DNA of 64,000 nt from Breznakia sp. (GTDB lineage: Bacteria > Bacillota_I > Bacilli_A > Erysipelotrichales > Erysipelotrichaceae): positions 2,845-66,844 of the forward strand of contig JBGUVL010000012.1 of NCBI GenBank assembly GCA_045134375.1, in the 5' to 3' direction. Positions 9,161 to 19,790 of this stretch are shown here, piece by piece. The notes beneath the pieces were generated by a model. The model worked only from the letters and a program-made list of their open reading frames with translations. It was not told where the DNA came from and made no database searches. Every line of letters starts with the position of its first letter. Position 1 is the stretch's first letter. Made by a program: the position numbers and the translations under genes.

Positions 9161-10030
9161 CTACGTAAAAATCTGCAATACGATTCCACTGATAGCAGCA
9201 GTAAGATACAGCAAAGAAACAACTTGTATGATCTGTTTCTTTTTTGCTTGGTAACGGACTAATACAATGATTCCTAATCCTGCATTGGTAATTAAACCAG
9301 CAACTAAGGAAGCAAAACTAATACTATTAACAACATAGAGTTGTGTCAGCACAACACTAGCAGCGCAATTAGGAAGAAAGCCAAATAATGCGGCTAGCAA
9401 TGGTTGTAAGATCGTTCCATTCAATAGTAATGATTCTAATCTTTCTTCTCCAATCCCTGTAATCAAAAAATTTAATACTAATGTAGTGATAAATAGAAAT
9501 ACAAATATTTTTACTGCTCGAAGCAATGCGCTTATCACCATTGGATATTGTGGATAGCAGCAAGGACAAGTGTTCGTATTCTCCTCTTCCTCCTCATATT
9601 CTTCCTCCGGCAAATTCTCTAATCGTCTGATGTTTTGTTTGCGGAACAAAACATTATCGACAAAATAACCAGCCGTCACTGCAATTCCCACTTTCCACAT
9701 GATAATCAACAACAGTGATGAATACAATCCTGGATTGGCCAGCAGAATAGGAATTGCCTCGTCACTTGTTGCAATCAATACACTTAGTAATGTGCCAAAA
9801 GTAATATTGTTTCCCATAAACAACATAGCAGCAATAATACTAAACCCACACTGAGGTATTACACCAACAATTGCTCCCACTAAAGGACCATATTTTTGCA
9901 AAGAGAAAAACAGTTTATCATCTTCACTTTCTTTACGATCAAAATATTCGATAATGAGATAAGTAAGATAAAGCAAAGGCAACATCAACCAAGTATCATG
10001 TATCGTATCCATTACTATTTCCATAATCAT
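9161..10030 (-). CDS. ArsP_2-family 10-TM permease (annotated elsewhere as putative manganese/heavy-metal transporter)
   Basis: VIPQCGFS and ATSDEAIPIL motifs plus a CPCC cluster in the central loop. Recognised from memory of the family, with no search run. Confidence 0.55.
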   Translation of the reverse strand: MIMEIVMDTIHDTWLMLPLLYLTYLIIEYFDRKESEDDKLFFSLQKYGPLVGAIVGVIPQCGFSIIAAMLFMGNNITFGTLLSVLIATSDEAIPILLANPGLYSSLLLIIMWKVGIAVTAGYFVDNVLFRKQNIRRLENLPEEEYEEEEENTNTCPCCYPQYPMVISALLRAVKIFVFLFITTLVLNFLITGIGEERLESLLLNGTILQPLLAALFGFLPNCAASVVLTQLYVVNSISFASLVAGLITNAGLGIIVLVRYQAKKKQIIQVVSLLYLTAAISGIVLQIFT

Positions 10031-10234
10031 AGTATTGCCTCCCTTCTTATTCTCATTCGTACTTTTATTATTTTACACGTTTTCTACTTTTTTGCACTTT
10101 TAACACTCAATTTTATAAAAAAAGGTAGCCAACATAGTTCATTTCATCTTTATGATCCAACAATTTTATTTATCTGTTCATCACAAAAGCTCTTTACCAA
10201 CTATTGTTTCTACCTATTTTGCTAAAACAATTAT

Positions 10235-10965
10235 CTTATCCATGTAATATTACCTAGGAAATAATATACATACCCATTTCATTAAAATTATCATCACCAA
10301 AAAATGGGCACTTATTATCGATTACTGTTACCACATGCTAAATCTGTCACCATCATCAACTTTTCAGAATCCAAATTTACAATATGCAATTCTGCTAATA
10401 TCGTAGGCAATCTCAAACTTTACGAGAAATACAAGACCTTATCAATTTCTGCAGTTGGTGCATTTTTCAACACTAACTACACCAATGTTCCAAACACAAC
10501 CTTTTTCCCTGTGATGCAAATCGTGCATTTCCTCAATTAGAGTTGATGCATTATGAATCGTATGTGTTGCCACTAAACCACCACTTTCAAATCCAACTCC
10601 CGAAATGAAAAATCATTCTGGTGCTTTTGCAACAACATTGCTATCAACTAGTACAACATTAGGACTTATCGGTAAAATAGATATTTTTCAAACATTCCTT
10701 CTTCGCTATAAATGATAGATAGTGCACTACAAGGAGCATCCATCAAAGCAATCGTTAAAACATTCCCCATGAAATATTTCATATCGGATCGTTGAATCAT
10801 TCCCCTCTTTGCTTTTATTGATTGCTGATTCTACTCTTTCATTTTCAAAAATACTGACTAACAAAATAACGATTTGCCTATTGTTTCTGTATATTTCCAT
10901 AAATGTTCTAATATATTTTCCTTGGATATATCATGTTGCTCTTCCAATAATTTCGCCCAAAAATT
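10235..10965 (-). pseudogene. gldA: Decayed glycerol dehydrogenase gene (gldA-like) with stops, frameshifts and internal deletions
   Basis: Minus-strand fragments in different frames: ..YIQGKYIRTFMEIY.., ..MDAPCSALSIIYSEEGMFEKYLF.., ..GFESGGLVATHTIHNAS.., ..HDLHHREKVVFGTLVQLVLKNAPTAEIDKVLYF.. and ..LPTILAELHIVNLDSEKLMMVTDLAC. These match the GldA order and are interrupted by TAA/TAG/TGA. Confidence 0.65.
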
Positions 10966-11049
10966 ACATTTATTTTATTTTTTTATCTGTTTTCACGGTA
11001 TTATATTTTTTCAAAAACAGAAAATAGATGATAAAAAAAGCAGTGACTA

Positions 11050-11982
11050 TTACGACTCTTCTTCCACGTCAAATGTGTAGCGATACTGCTTTCCTTGGTA
11101 ACACATGGTCCAAGTTGCTTTTCCATCTCTTTGAATCTCATCCGTTTGCGCAAAGAACATCACGGTTCGTCTTTCATTTGGTTGGATTGTTGTCGTTTCT
11201 TCTTCAAAGTAATCTTCTTTTTGATTTAATACACTATACCATGAAGGGATAGTAGTTATTCCTTGATAGGTAAACCATGAATTGATTTCATTTTCTAAAT
11301 CCAAGGGATCCTCTGCCTCATTCGTGATAGAAACAAAAATGGCAAAATAGGTAATTCCTTTTTCTTCTACGATATAATAGTTGGAAGTTTCCGTTTCATT
11401 CATTGGGAAAAGAAACACTGATTGATAAGCATCTTTAATTTCCAATGATAAATCATCAGCAGTAAATTTTTTCTTCACTTTTTTGGATGAATAATCTTCC
11501 TTGACAGGCACCAAATATTCATTTGCACCCAATTGCAATTCAATGGATAGTCCATCATCAGAAATCGCTTTTTCATTATAAAAAATAATATGCAAAATAG
11601 TTCTTTCCTCTGGATTCAATTGACTGCGAAGATCCAAAGAGGTTCCTTCTGCTTCTTCTAGTACCATTTCTTTGTATAGTCTTTTACCATCTACCATTAA
11701 ATCAGCATTGATTAAATCATCAATTGTTACCGTTTCATGGCTTACGTTTGTAATTTCAAATTGTAAATCAATTGCCGTTTTGTAATCTTGATTTGCCTCC
11801 CAATAGTAAAACTCGTCATGTGGATTGGATGGATAAATTCTAGTCCCAAACGTAAGAGAGCGAAACGATACCTCTAAAGTATCATTGATTATTATTTCCT
11901 TTTTCTCTAACTCTTTCTTCGTGCAACCACAAATCATTGTGATCCATAGGATACAAACAAGCATTGTTATTACTTTTTTCAT
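11050..11982 (-). CDS. Putative lipoprotein with two tandem beta-rich (DUF4352-like) domains
   Basis: Lipobox MICGC. Two ~130-aa halves have a similar pattern (…EITNVSHETVTI… / …SITNEAEDPLDL…). Confidence 0.65.
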   Translation of the reverse strand: MKKVITMLVCILWITMICGCTKKELEKKEIIINDTLEVSFRSLTFGTRIYPSNPHDEFYYWEANQDYKTAIDLQFEITNVSHETVTIDDLINADLMVDGKRLYKEMVLEEAEGTSLDLRSQLNPEERTILHIIFYNEKAISDDGLSIELQLGANEYLVPVKEDYSSKKVKKKFTADDLSLEIKDAYQSVFLFPMNETETSNYYIVEEKGITYFAIFVSITNEAEDPLDLENEINSWFTYQGITTIPSWYSVLNQKEDYFEEETTTIQPNERRTVMFFAQTDEIQRDGKATWTMCYQGKQYRYTFDVEEES

Positions 11983-12096
11983 TTTTCACCCATCCTGATT
12001 GCTTTTACCTTTTCTTTCTATTTTTAATTTTGATCTGTTCTTTGGTTTTTATTATAACACAAAACTCGCACACTAACCCATCTAACAAACACAATG

Positions 12097-12124
12097 AAAA
12101 AAAGGATATTCAAAATGAACATCC
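12097..12124 (-). terminator. Rho-independent terminator after rplQ
   Basis: Minus strand reads GGATGTTCA-ttt-TGAATATCC followed by a T7 run. Confidence 0.5.
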
Positions 12125-12135
12125 TTAATCTACAA

Positions 12136-12477
12136 TTATTTTACAAACTGTACAATTGCCATTGAAGCGTTATCACCACGGCGGTTTCTCGTTTTTACCA
12201 CTCTAGTGTATCCACCATTACGTTCTTTATAAACTGGTGCAATTTCATCAAACAACTTCTTAACAGCTTCGTTTCCTCTTACATAAGCGGCAGCCTGACG
12301 ACGTGCATGTAAGTCTCCGCGTTTCCCTAATGTTACTAATTTTTCAACAACAGAACTAACTTCCTTAGCTTTCATTTCTGTTGTTTCAACGCTACCATTC
12401 ATAATTACTGAAGTAGCTAAGTTACGTAACATAGCCTTACGGTGATCAGCTGTACGACCTAATTTACGATTCCACAT
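12136..12477 (-). CDS. rplQ: 50S ribosomal protein L17
   Basis: L17 sequence, last gene of the alpha operon. Confidence 0.95.
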   Translation of the reverse strand: MWNRKLGRTADHRKAMLRNLATSVIMNGSVETTEMKAKEVSSVVEKLVTLGKRGDLHARRQAAAYVRGNEAVKKLFDEIAPVYKERNGGYTRVVKTRNRRGDNASMAIVQFVK

Positions 12478-12500
12478 AGGTTAGTATCCTCCTTTAACTT

Positions 12501-13460
12501 CTATTCGTAGGATTTGAAGCTCAGCCCCAAATCATAGATTTTATCTTTTACTTCTTTTAATGACTTCTTACCTAAGTTTCTTACTCTCATCATTTCATCT
12601 TCTGTCTTCTGTGTTAGTTCTTCCACGGTTTGGATTCCCGCACGTTTTAGACAGTTATAAGAACGAACGGATAAGTCCAGGTCTTCGATCATCATTACTA
12701 GTCCCTTATTTACAACTTCTCCCTGGACATCTTTCATTACTGATTCCATATCATTAACTGCATCATGAACATTCGTTAATAGTTCTAAATGATCAATTAA
12801 AATTTTGGAGCTCAATGCGATCGATTCTTGAGGAGTAATTGACCCATCTGTCCAGATTTCCATTGTCAGCTTGTCATAAGATGCATTCTGACCTACTCTG
12901 GCAGGTTCCACATTATAGGAAACTCTTTCTACTGGGGTAAAAATGGAATCTGTATAAATGATTCCCAAAGGCTGATTTGCCCCTTGGTATTGTACTTTAT
13001 TGGCATCTGCACTAACATAACCTCTACCCGATTTTGCCTGCAGTTCCATTTCTAGAGAAGCCCCTTCTTCCAGTGTACAAATATACATATCCCCATTCAA
13101 TACTTCAACACCATCTGGACAAATAATATCCTGTGCTAGTACCGTTCCTGGACCTGTTTTCGAAATTCTTAAAGTATGAATTTCATCATCCTGAATTTTT
13201 AAGATCAGCTTCTTGATGTTCAGGATAATAGATGTTACATCTTCTTTGATTCCTGGAATAGAAGTGAATTCATGAAATACACCTTCTACTTTAATTGAGA
13301 ATACAGCTCCTCCTGGCATTGAAGATAATAAGACGCGTCTTAATGCATTCCCAATGGTAGTACCAAATCCTCTTTCCAGAGGTTCAACAACAAACTTTCC
13401 ATAGTTTTCAGATTCAACGAATTCTTTCACTTCAAATTGTGCATGTTCAAATTTCTGCAT
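12501..13460 (-). CDS. rpoA: DNA-directed RNA polymerase subunit alpha
   Basis: GKFVVEPLERGFGTTIGNALRRVLLSS. Start trimmed to MQKFEH at 13460. Confidence 0.95.
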   Translation of the reverse strand: MQKFEHAQFEVKEFVESENYGKFVVEPLERGFGTTIGNALRRVLLSSMPGGAVFSIKVEGVFHEFTSIPGIKEDVTSIILNIKKLILKIQDDEIHTLRISKTGPGTVLAQDIICPDGVEVLNGDMYICTLEEGASLEMELQAKSGRGYVSADANKVQYQGANQPLGIIYTDSIFTPVERVSYNVEPARVGQNASYDKLTMEIWTDGSITPQESIALSSKILIDHLELLTNVHDAVNDMESVMKDVQGEVVNKGLVMMIEDLDLSVRSYNCLKRAGIQTVEELTQKTEDEMMRVRNLGKKSLKEVKDKIYDLGLSFKSYE

Positions 13461-13498
13461 AATGTCTATTACCCTCCTCAATTTTGATTAGGTTACGA

Positions 13499-13891
13499 TT
13501 AACCACGTGGTCGTTTTGGTGGACGACATCCATTGTGAGGAATAGGAGTTACATCGTTGATCATTGTAATTTCTAATCCTGCAATCTGTAATGCTCTTAC
13601 CGCTGCTTCACGTGCTGGACCTGGACCTGTTACATCAACTGACACTGTTTTCATACCGTGTTCAATTGCCGCTTTTCCAGCAGCTTCTCCAGCCATCTGT
13701 GCAGCAAATGGAGTTGATTTACGAGAACCTTTATACCCTAAAGCGCCAGCACTTGACCAAGCAATTGCGTTTCCGCTTTCATCAGTAATAGTTACGATTG
13801 TATTGTTAAATGTTGAGTGAATGTGTGCGCAGCCTTTCGCAATATTCTTTTTTACACGACGCTTACGAACTACTTTTTTAGCTTTTGCCAT
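13499..13891 (-). CDS. rpsK: 30S ribosomal protein S11
   Basis: S11 sequence in the conserved position. Confidence 0.95.
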   Translation of the reverse strand: MAKAKKVVRKRRVKKNIAKGCAHIHSTFNNTIVTITDESGNAIAWSSAGALGYKGSRKSTPFAAQMAGEAAGKAAIEHGMKTVSVDVTGPGPAREAAVRALQIAGLEITMINDVTPIPHNGCRPPKRPRG

Positions 13892-13910
13892 CTAGTTACC
13901 TCCTATCGTC

Positions 13911-14276
13911 CTATTTCTTTTTACCTGCTACTGTACGTACTGGACCTTTACGTGTACGAGCATTCGTTTTGGTACGCTGACCTCTTACTGGTAACCCTTT
14001 TCTGTGACGGATTCCACGGTAGCTAGCGATTTCCATTAAACGCTTGATATTCAGCTGTACTTCACGGCGTAAGTCACCTTCAACCTTAATGTTGTCGATT
14101 TCCTTACGAATTGCATTCAACTGTTCTTCCGTTAAATCTTTTACACGGATGTTTTCGTCAACACCAGCTGCTTTTAATACTTTTTCAGACGTAGTACGTC
14201 CAATTCCATATACATAAGTTAATGAGACAACTACACGTTTGTCACGTGGAATGTCTACTCCTGCAATACGAGCCAT
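13911..14276 (-). CDS. rpsM: 30S ribosomal protein S13
   Basis: [14 protein letters not shown]..., S13. Confidence 0.95.
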   Translation of the reverse strand: MARIAGVDIPRDKRVVVSLTYVYGIGRTTSEKVLKAAGVDENIRVKDLTEEQLNAIRKEIDNIKVEGDLRREVQLNIKRLMEIASYRGIRHRKGLPVRGQRTKTNARTRKGPVRTVAGKKK

Positions 14277-14295
14277 ATATCCTTACTCCTCTCTT

Positions 14296-14410
14296 TTATC
14301 CCTGTCTCTGTTTGTGTTTAGGGTTTTCACAGATAACCATAACTCGGCCTTGTTCTTTTATTGATACGGCATTTGTCACAACTTGGTTTGACTGATGGTC
14401 TTACTTTCAT
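14296..14410 (-). pseudogene. rpmJ: 50S ribosomal protein L36 gene interrupted by a 1-nt frameshift (115 nt instead of 114)
   Basis: ATG at 14408-14410 gives [20 protein letters not shown], then runs out of frame to a TGA at 14327-14329. The +1 frame continues [17 protein letters not shown] to a TAA at 14296-14298. Lies between infA and rpsM as expected. Confidence 0.75.
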
Positions 14411-14431
14411 GTGTTTTCCTCCTGTTCCGTT

Positions 14432-14650
14432 CTATTTATGACGGAATGTTATACGCCCACGTGTTAAATCATATGGTGAAATTTCCAGAGTAACACGGTC
14501 ACCCGGTAAAATGCGAATGTAGTGCATACGGATTTTACCAGAAACGTGGGCAATGACTTCGTGTCCGTTCTCCAGCTTCACTTTGAACTGTGCATTAGGA
14601 AGTGTATCGACAACAATTCCTTCTAGTTCCATTACATCTTGTTTTGCCAT
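14432..14650 (-). CDS. infA: Translation initiation factor IF-1
   Basis: 72-aa S1-like IF-1 sequence. Confidence 0.95.
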   Translation of the reverse strand: MAKQDVMELEGIVVDTLPNAQFKVKLENGHEVIAHVSGKIRMHYIRILPGDRVTLEISPYDLTRGRITFRHK

Positions 14651-15420
14651 TATTGGGATTCCTCCTTATCATGTATTGTTGTTAATATTTCACAGCCGTC
14701 TTTACGAATTACCACTGAGTGTTCAAAATGAGCCGCTAACGAACCATCTTTGGTAACAACGGTCCATTCATCATTTAATACTCTTGTCTGTGGTTTGCCA
14801 GCATGAACCATTGGTTCAATTGCCAAGCACATTCCTTCCTTTAGGCGTACCCCTTTCCCAGGTTTCCCAAAGTTAGGCACGGTTGGATCTTCGTGTACCT
14901 GACTTCCTATTCCATGTCCTGCGTAATCTTGAGGAATGGAGAAGCCGTTTTGGTATACATAGGTTTCAATCGCGTGTGAGATATCCGTTAACCGATTTCC
15001 AGCTTTCGCCATTTTTAAGCCTTCATATAAAGACTGTTCGGTAACCTCCATCAGCTTTTTTGCTTCCTCACTGATTGAGCCAACAGCATATGACCATGCG
15101 GAATCACCATGATATCCATGATAACATGCTCCGATATCCACCGAAACAATATCCCCATCTTTTAAGATGATATCACTACTTGGGATACCATGCACTAATA
15201 CATTATTGACAGAAATACAGCATGCATTCGGAAAACCATACAAACCTTTAAAAGATGGAGTAGCATCATTTGCTAAAATCACATCTTCACAGATTTTATC
15301 TAGTTCTAATGTCGATAGTCCAGGTCGAATTGCTGCCTTGGCTGCTTGATGTGCCAAAGCAACAATTTCACCGGCTCTTGCCATATATCTGATTTCTCTT
15401 TCCGATTTACAAGTGATCAT
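14650..15420 (-). CDS. map: Type I methionine aminopeptidase
   Basis: MetAP-I motifs, including metal ligands in the D..D..H..E..E pattern, in the position after adk. Confidence 0.95.
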   Translation of the reverse strand: MITCKSEREIRYMARAGEIVALAHQAAKAAIRPGLSTLELDKICEDVILANDATPSFKGLYGFPNACCISVNNVLVHGIPSSDIILKDGDIVSVDIGACYHGYHGDSAWSYAVGSISEEAKKLMEVTEQSLYEGLKMAKAGNRLTDISHAIETYVYQNGFSIPQDYAGHGIGSQVHEDPTVPNFGKPGKGVRLKEGMCLAIEPMVHAGKPQTRVLNDEWTVVTKDGSLAAHFEHSVVIRKDGCEILTTIHDKEESQ

Positions 15421-16070
15421 TACTTATATTCCTTCAGAGCTTGCAATGTATTTTCCCATACTTTATCAGCGCTTTGATCGGCATTAATCGTAACTAACAG
15501 ACCTTTTTCCTTATAGTAATCAAGTACAGGTTCTGTATTCTTAGAATACTCTTCCAGTCTAACTTTCAGACTTTCTACGGTATCATCTTTTCGCTGATAC
15601 AATTCTCCACCACATTTATCACAAACACCTTCCACTTTCGATGGTTTGTTTGTCATGTGATAGATTTCCCCACAATTACGGCAAATTCTTCTACCAGTAA
15701 TACGTGGTGCTAATTTATCAAATCCAATTTCCAGTGTTACCACTTTATCGATTTCTAAATCAGATCCCTTCACTAACTCATCAAATGCTTTTGCTTGAGC
15801 TAGATTTCTTGGATATCCATCCAATAGATATCCATTTGCGCAATCCTGTTTTTCCAGGAAGCTCTTGACCATTGGGTTGGTTACTTCATCAGGAACAAGT
15901 AGTCCCTTATCCATATAACTTTTCGCAGATAATCCAAGTTCTGTTTGCTTAGCAATTTCAGAACGAAATATATCACCCGTTGAAATGTGAACTAAACCGA
16001 ACTTTTCAACAATCTTCGCGGACATTGTACCTTTACCAGCACCAGGTCCCCCCATAATTAAAATGTTCAT
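15420..16070 (-). CDS. adk: Adenylate kinase
   Basis: GGPGAGKGT P-loop and a Zn lid (CRNCGEIYH...CDKCGGEL). Confidence 0.95.
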   Translation of the reverse strand: MNILIMGGPGAGKGTMSAKIVEKFGLVHISTGDIFRSEIAKQTELGLSAKSYMDKGLLVPDEVTNPMVKSFLEKQDCANGYLLDGYPRNLAQAKAFDELVKGSDLEIDKVVTLEIGFDKLAPRITGRRICRNCGEIYHMTNKPSKVEGVCDKCGGELYQRKDDTVESLKVRLEEYSKNTEPVLDYYKEKGLLVTINADQSADKVWENTLQALKEYK

Positions 16071-16076
16071 TAATGA

Positions 16077-17387
16077 TTATCTCCCAAGACCACTGAATCC
16101 ATGATAGGCCTTTTGTGTGATCTTTCCTTTGATTTGAGCAGTTGTTTCCATTGCTACACCAACAACGATAATTAAACCGGTACCACCCATACGAATAGAA
16201 GATGGTAATGATGGAATCAATAGTGGTGCAACATTTGGCAGCAGGGCAATCACCGTTAATGCAATTGCGCCAAGCACAGTAATGCGACATAATACTTTAT
16301 TAATATATTCTTTCGTCTCTTTTCCTGGACGAATTCCTGGAATATAAGTTCCAGATTTTGAAAGATTTTCTGCAATTTTATCTGGATCAACCTGTAATTT
16401 CGTATAAAAGAAAGTAAACAGAATGATCAATACAGCGTAAATGACCAAACTTTCCACAGACTGCATTTGTAATAAATTGAATATTGTCTTTGTAAATCCA
16501 GTTGCTTGCAACCAACCATAATTGATACAGATGGAAATAATCTGAACTGGAGCCAGCATTATCGCATTGGCAAAGATAACAGGGATTACACTTGCAGAAT
16601 TAATTTTCAATGGTAAGTATGTCATATCTCTGTTTTTCATTTGAACTGTACTAGAAGTATACTGTAATGGAATTTTTCTTACTGCTGTCTGTGAGAAGAC
16701 AACTAGAACAATAATCAGTAAATAAACAATAACAAATCCTGTAAACGTAAGAATTCCATTAAATAATCCACTTCCGGTTGCACCGGCCGTCAAAGTAGAG
16801 AATGCCTCTGTGAACTGATATGGAATATCAGCAACGATACCCGCAAAAATAATCATAGAAACACCATTTCCAATGCCGTGCATAGAAATACGATCCGCAA
16901 TCCACAATAGGAACATAGTTCCTGCTGTGAATACCGTTGTTATATACAAATAACCGGAGAAACTGGAATTGATCAGAATAGAAGTATCTCCATTCTGTAA
17001 AGCAAGTGTCATTGTGTAAGATTGTATTACACATAGCACTAAAGATAAGTAACGAGTGTACTTATCTAGCTTTTTTCTTCCTGTTTGTCCACTTTTTGCA
17101 AGTTCTGTTAATGGTGGAATTACATCCATTGATAATAATTGAATGATAATGGATGCGGTGATGTATGGCGTTACACCAAGAGCAAAGATAGACATATCAT
17201 CCATTGCTCCTCCACCAAGCAAGTTCATCATACTAATCAAACCATTCGCTTCACCAATTCCATTGGTATTTACATTTGGTACCGGAATCTGTGCTCCCAA
17301 ACGGAAGATGAACAGCATAGCTAGAGTAAAGAGAATACGATTACGCATCTCTTTGCTCTTAATAATGCCCTTGAAAGTGGACATCAT
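16077..17387 (-). CDS. secY: Preprotein translocase subunit SecY
   Basis: 10-TM SecY sequence in the spc operon position. Confidence 0.95.
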   Translation of the reverse strand: MMSTFKGIIKSKEMRNRILFTLAMLFIFRLGAQIPVPNVNTNGIGEANGLISMMNLLGGGAMDDMSIFALGVTPYITASIIIQLLSMDVIPPLTELAKSGQTGRKKLDKYTRYLSLVLCVIQSYTMTLALQNGDTSILINSSFSGYLYITTVFTAGTMFLLWIADRISMHGIGNGVSMIIFAGIVADIPYQFTEAFSTLTAGATGSGLFNGILTFTGFVIVYLLIIVLVVFSQTAVRKIPLQYTSSTVQMKNRDMTYLPLKINSASVIPVIFANAIMLAPVQIISICINYGWLQATGFTKTIFNLLQMQSVESLVIYAVLIILFTFFYTKLQVDPDKIAENLSKSGTYIPGIRPGKETKEYINKVLCRITVLGAIALTVIALLPNVAPLLIPSLPSSIRMGGTGLIIVVGVAMETTAQIKGKITQKAYHGFSGLGR

Positions 17388-17388
17388 A

Positions 17389-17829
17389 TTAGATGACCTC
17401 TGCTTTTCCGCCAGCTTTTTCGATTACAGCAACAGCTGACTTAGAGAATTTATTAGCTTTCACTACTAATTTCTTTTCTAATTCGCCCTGTCCTAAAATC
17501 TTAATTCCATCTAATTCTTTTTTTACTAATCCAGTTTCGATTAATAATTCTGGAGTTACTTCTACTCCGTCTTCAAACTTATTTAATGATTCAACATTGA
17601 CAATCGCATATTCTTTTCTGTTGAAGTTAGTAAATCCACGTTTTGGCAAACGTCTAGCAATTGGTGTCTGTCCACCTTCAAATCCTAAACGAACGCCTCC
17701 ACCAGAACGAGCATTCTGCCCTTTGTGACCTTTACCAGCTGTTTTCCCAGTTCCGGAAGCATGACCACGTCCTAAACGTTTTCTGCTACTTCTTGAACCT
17801 TCTGTATATTTTAATTCATGTAATTTCAT
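17389..17829 (-). CDS. rplO: 50S ribosomal protein L15
   Basis: L15 sequence. Confidence 0.95.
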   Translation of the reverse strand: MKLHELKYTEGSRSSRKRLGRGHASGTGKTAGKGHKGQNARSGGGVRLGFEGGQTPIARRLPKRGFTNFNRKEYAIVNVESLNKFEDGVEVTPELLIETGLVKKELDGIKILGQGELEKKLVVKANKFSKSAVAVIEKAGGKAEVI

Positions 17830-17844
17830 TTAGATACCCTCCTA

Positions 17845-18420
17845 CTAGCGGATTTCTTCCGGTTTTTTACCGCGAAGTTTGGCAATATCTTCTACTGTTT
17901 TCAGTTCCTGAAGAGCAGTAATTGTTGCGCGAACCATATTGATTGGAGTACGTGATCCTAAACACTTAGACAGTACATCCTTGATACCAGCAACTTCTAA
18001 CACATCACGTACAGCACCACCAGCAACAACTCCAGTACCTTCTGAAGCTGGTCTTAAGAATACGGATCCAGCACCATATTTACCAGTAATTGCATGAGGA
18101 ATTGTTTCTCCAACCATTGGAACTTTGAACACGTTTTTCTTAGCGTCTTCAACAGCTTTCTTGATTGCATCAGGTACTTCATTTGCTTTTCCTGTACCAA
18201 ATCCTACTCTACCTTTTCCATCACCGATTACGACTAATGCAGCAAAACGGAAACGACGTCCACCTTTTACTACCTTAGTAACACGGTTGATTGTTACTAC
18301 ACGTTCTTCAAACTCTTTTTCATTGCGGTCTCTTCTTGGTTTTCTGTCATTTGGTTTTTTGTTACCCATAGGTTTTTTGTTAGCTACAGGTTTCTTTTCC
18401 ATAGTTGTATTTTCCATCAT
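17845..18420 (-). CDS. rpsE: 30S ribosomal protein S5 (with a basic N-terminal extension)
   Basis: S5 core [18 protein letters not shown]... preceded by ~30 Lys/Pro/Asn-rich residues. The exact start is uncertain. Confidence 0.9.
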   Translation of the reverse strand: MMENTTMEKKPVANKKPMGNKKPNDRKPRRDRNEKEFEERVVTINRVTKVVKGGRRFRFAALVVIGDGKGRVGFGTGKANEVPDAIKKAVEDAKKNVFKVPMVGETIPHAITGKYGAGSVFLRPASEGTGVVAGGAVRDVLEVAGIKDVLSKCLGSRTPINMVRATITALQELKTVEDIAKLRGKKPEEIR

Positions 18421-18429
18421 GACCTCCTA

Positions 18430-18786
18430 CTAAAATTTCAGCCCTGCTTCACGAGCAGCTTCAGCTAACGCTTTTACACGTCCGTGGTAAATGTATCCAC
18501 CACGATCGAATTTTACTTCTGTAATTCCTGCTTTTGTAGCAGCTTCCGCAATGGCAGTTCCTACTTTTGCAGCAGCAGCAACATTTCCACCGTTTTCTAA
18601 TTTTAATGATACGCTGCTTGCAGCACATAATGTTCTTCCATTCACATCGTCAATGATCTGTGCATGAATGTGTGCGTTTGAACGGAATACGTTCAGACGA
18701 GGACATTCAGGAGTTCCACTTATTTTTGTACGAACACGTGCATGACGACGCTGACGTTCTTTATTCTTATCAATTTTTGTAATCAT
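18430..18786 (-). CDS. rplR: 50S ribosomal protein L18
   Basis: L18 sequence. Confidence 0.95.
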   Translation of the reverse strand: MITKIDKNKERQRRHARVRTKISGTPECPRLNVFRSNAHIHAQIIDDVNGRTLCAASSVSLKLENGGNVAAAAKVGTAIAEAATKAGITEVKFDRGGYIYHGRVKALAEAAREAGLKF

Positions 18787-18804
18787 AGTTTAACTCCTTC
18801 CCGC

Positions 18805-19350
18805 CTATTTCTTACCAGCTGTCTTACCTTCCTTACGACGAACGTATTCACCTTTATAACGAATACCCTTGCCTTTGTAAGGTTCTGGTTTTCTAACAGC
18901 TCTAATTACTGCAGCACATTCACCGACTCTTTGTTTGTCGATTCCTGATACTTTAATTTCGGTTGCAGATGTACATTCACAAGTAATACCATCTTCAATT
19001 TCGATTTCCACTGGGTGAGAGTATCCAACTGTTAACACCAGTTTTTTACCCTGCATCGTAGCACGGAAACCAATTCCGACTAACTGTAATTCTTTCACAA
19101 ACCCTTGGCTTACACCTTCGATCATGTTAGCAAGCAGAGCACGAGTAGTTCCGTGTAACTGCTTTGTATGTTTTTCTTCATTCTGACGAACTACTGTAAT
19201 AGTGTCGCCTTCCACTTTGATATCCATCAGTGGAGAAAATTGACGAGTTAAAGTTCCTTTTGGCCCTTTAACAGTCACCTCATTCTTGTCAGTGCAAGTA
19301 AATTCTACACCAGCAGGAATGGTAATCAGTTTATTCCCGATACGTGACAT
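18805..19350 (-). CDS. rplF: 50S ribosomal protein L6
   Basis: [15 protein letters not shown]..., L6. Confidence 0.95.
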   Translation of the reverse strand: MSRIGNKLITIPAGVEFTCTDKNEVTVKGPKGTLTRQFSPLMDIKVEGDTITVVRQNEEKHTKQLHGTTRALLANMIEGVSQGFVKELQLVGIGFRATMQGKKLVLTVGYSHPVEIEIEDGITCECTSATEIKVSGIDKQRVGECAAVIRAVRKPEPYKGKGIRYKGEYVRRKEGKTAGKK

Positions 19351-19377
19351 TTCTTTACCTCCGTTTGTCCTTATCTA

Positions 19378-19773
19378 TTACCAGATGTAGGCGATTACTT
19401 CACCGCCAACATTCTTAGCTCTAGCATCTCTATCTGTCATCAGCCCATGAGATGTAGAGATAATCGCAATTCCTAATCCATTTAATACTCTAGGCAATTT
19501 TTCAGCCTTTGCATAAACACGAAGACCTGGAGTTGAGATTCTCTTTAAACCACTAATTACTTTTTCGTTATTAGGTCCATACTTTAATGTAATAGTGATG
19601 GTTTTCTTAACATCACCTTCCACTACAAAATCACTGATGAATCCTTCTTCTTTCATGATTCTAGCGATTTCTTTCTTTTCTTTACTAGCAGGAACTGCAA
19701 CTGTTTCATGACGAGCCTGAAGCGCGTTACGAACTCTTGTCAGCATATCTGCAATTGGATCTGTCATCATCAT
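19378..19773 (-). CDS. rpsH: 30S ribosomal protein S8
   Basis: [14 protein letters not shown]..., S8. Confidence 0.95.
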   Translation of the reverse strand: MMMTDPIADMLTRVRNALQARHETVAVPASKEKKEIARIMKEEGFISDFVVEGDVKKTITITLKYGPNNEKVISGLKRISTPGLRVYAKAEKLPRVLNGLGIAIISTSHGLMTDRDARAKNVGGEVIAYIW

Positions 19774-19790
19774 CTTGACTTTCCTCCTTA

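Noticed and set aside
10031-10234. Looked for a yybP-ykoY (Mn2+) riboswitch upstream of the ArsP_2-type permease.
   Set aside because: The conserved GGGGAGUAG / UUGACA-type cores were not seen. The long-range pairing AGGTAG...CTACCT followed by a T7 run looks like the old gldA terminator.
10304-11252. Plus-strand ORFs 10304-10540, 10809-11027, 10874-11080 and 11028-11252.
   Set aside because: They lie antisense to the gldA pseudogene fragments or to the lipoprotein gene, and have no RBS and no recognisable domains.
14327-14365. The idea that the rpmJ frameshift is programmed +1 recoding, because a rare AGG codon follows ACA.
   Set aside because: tRNA-Thr on ACA cannot re-pair in the +1 frame (CAA), the A4 run is short, and no stimulatory SD-like element was seen. 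An indel, real or artefactual, is the simpler explanation. The anomaly itself is kept as a finding.
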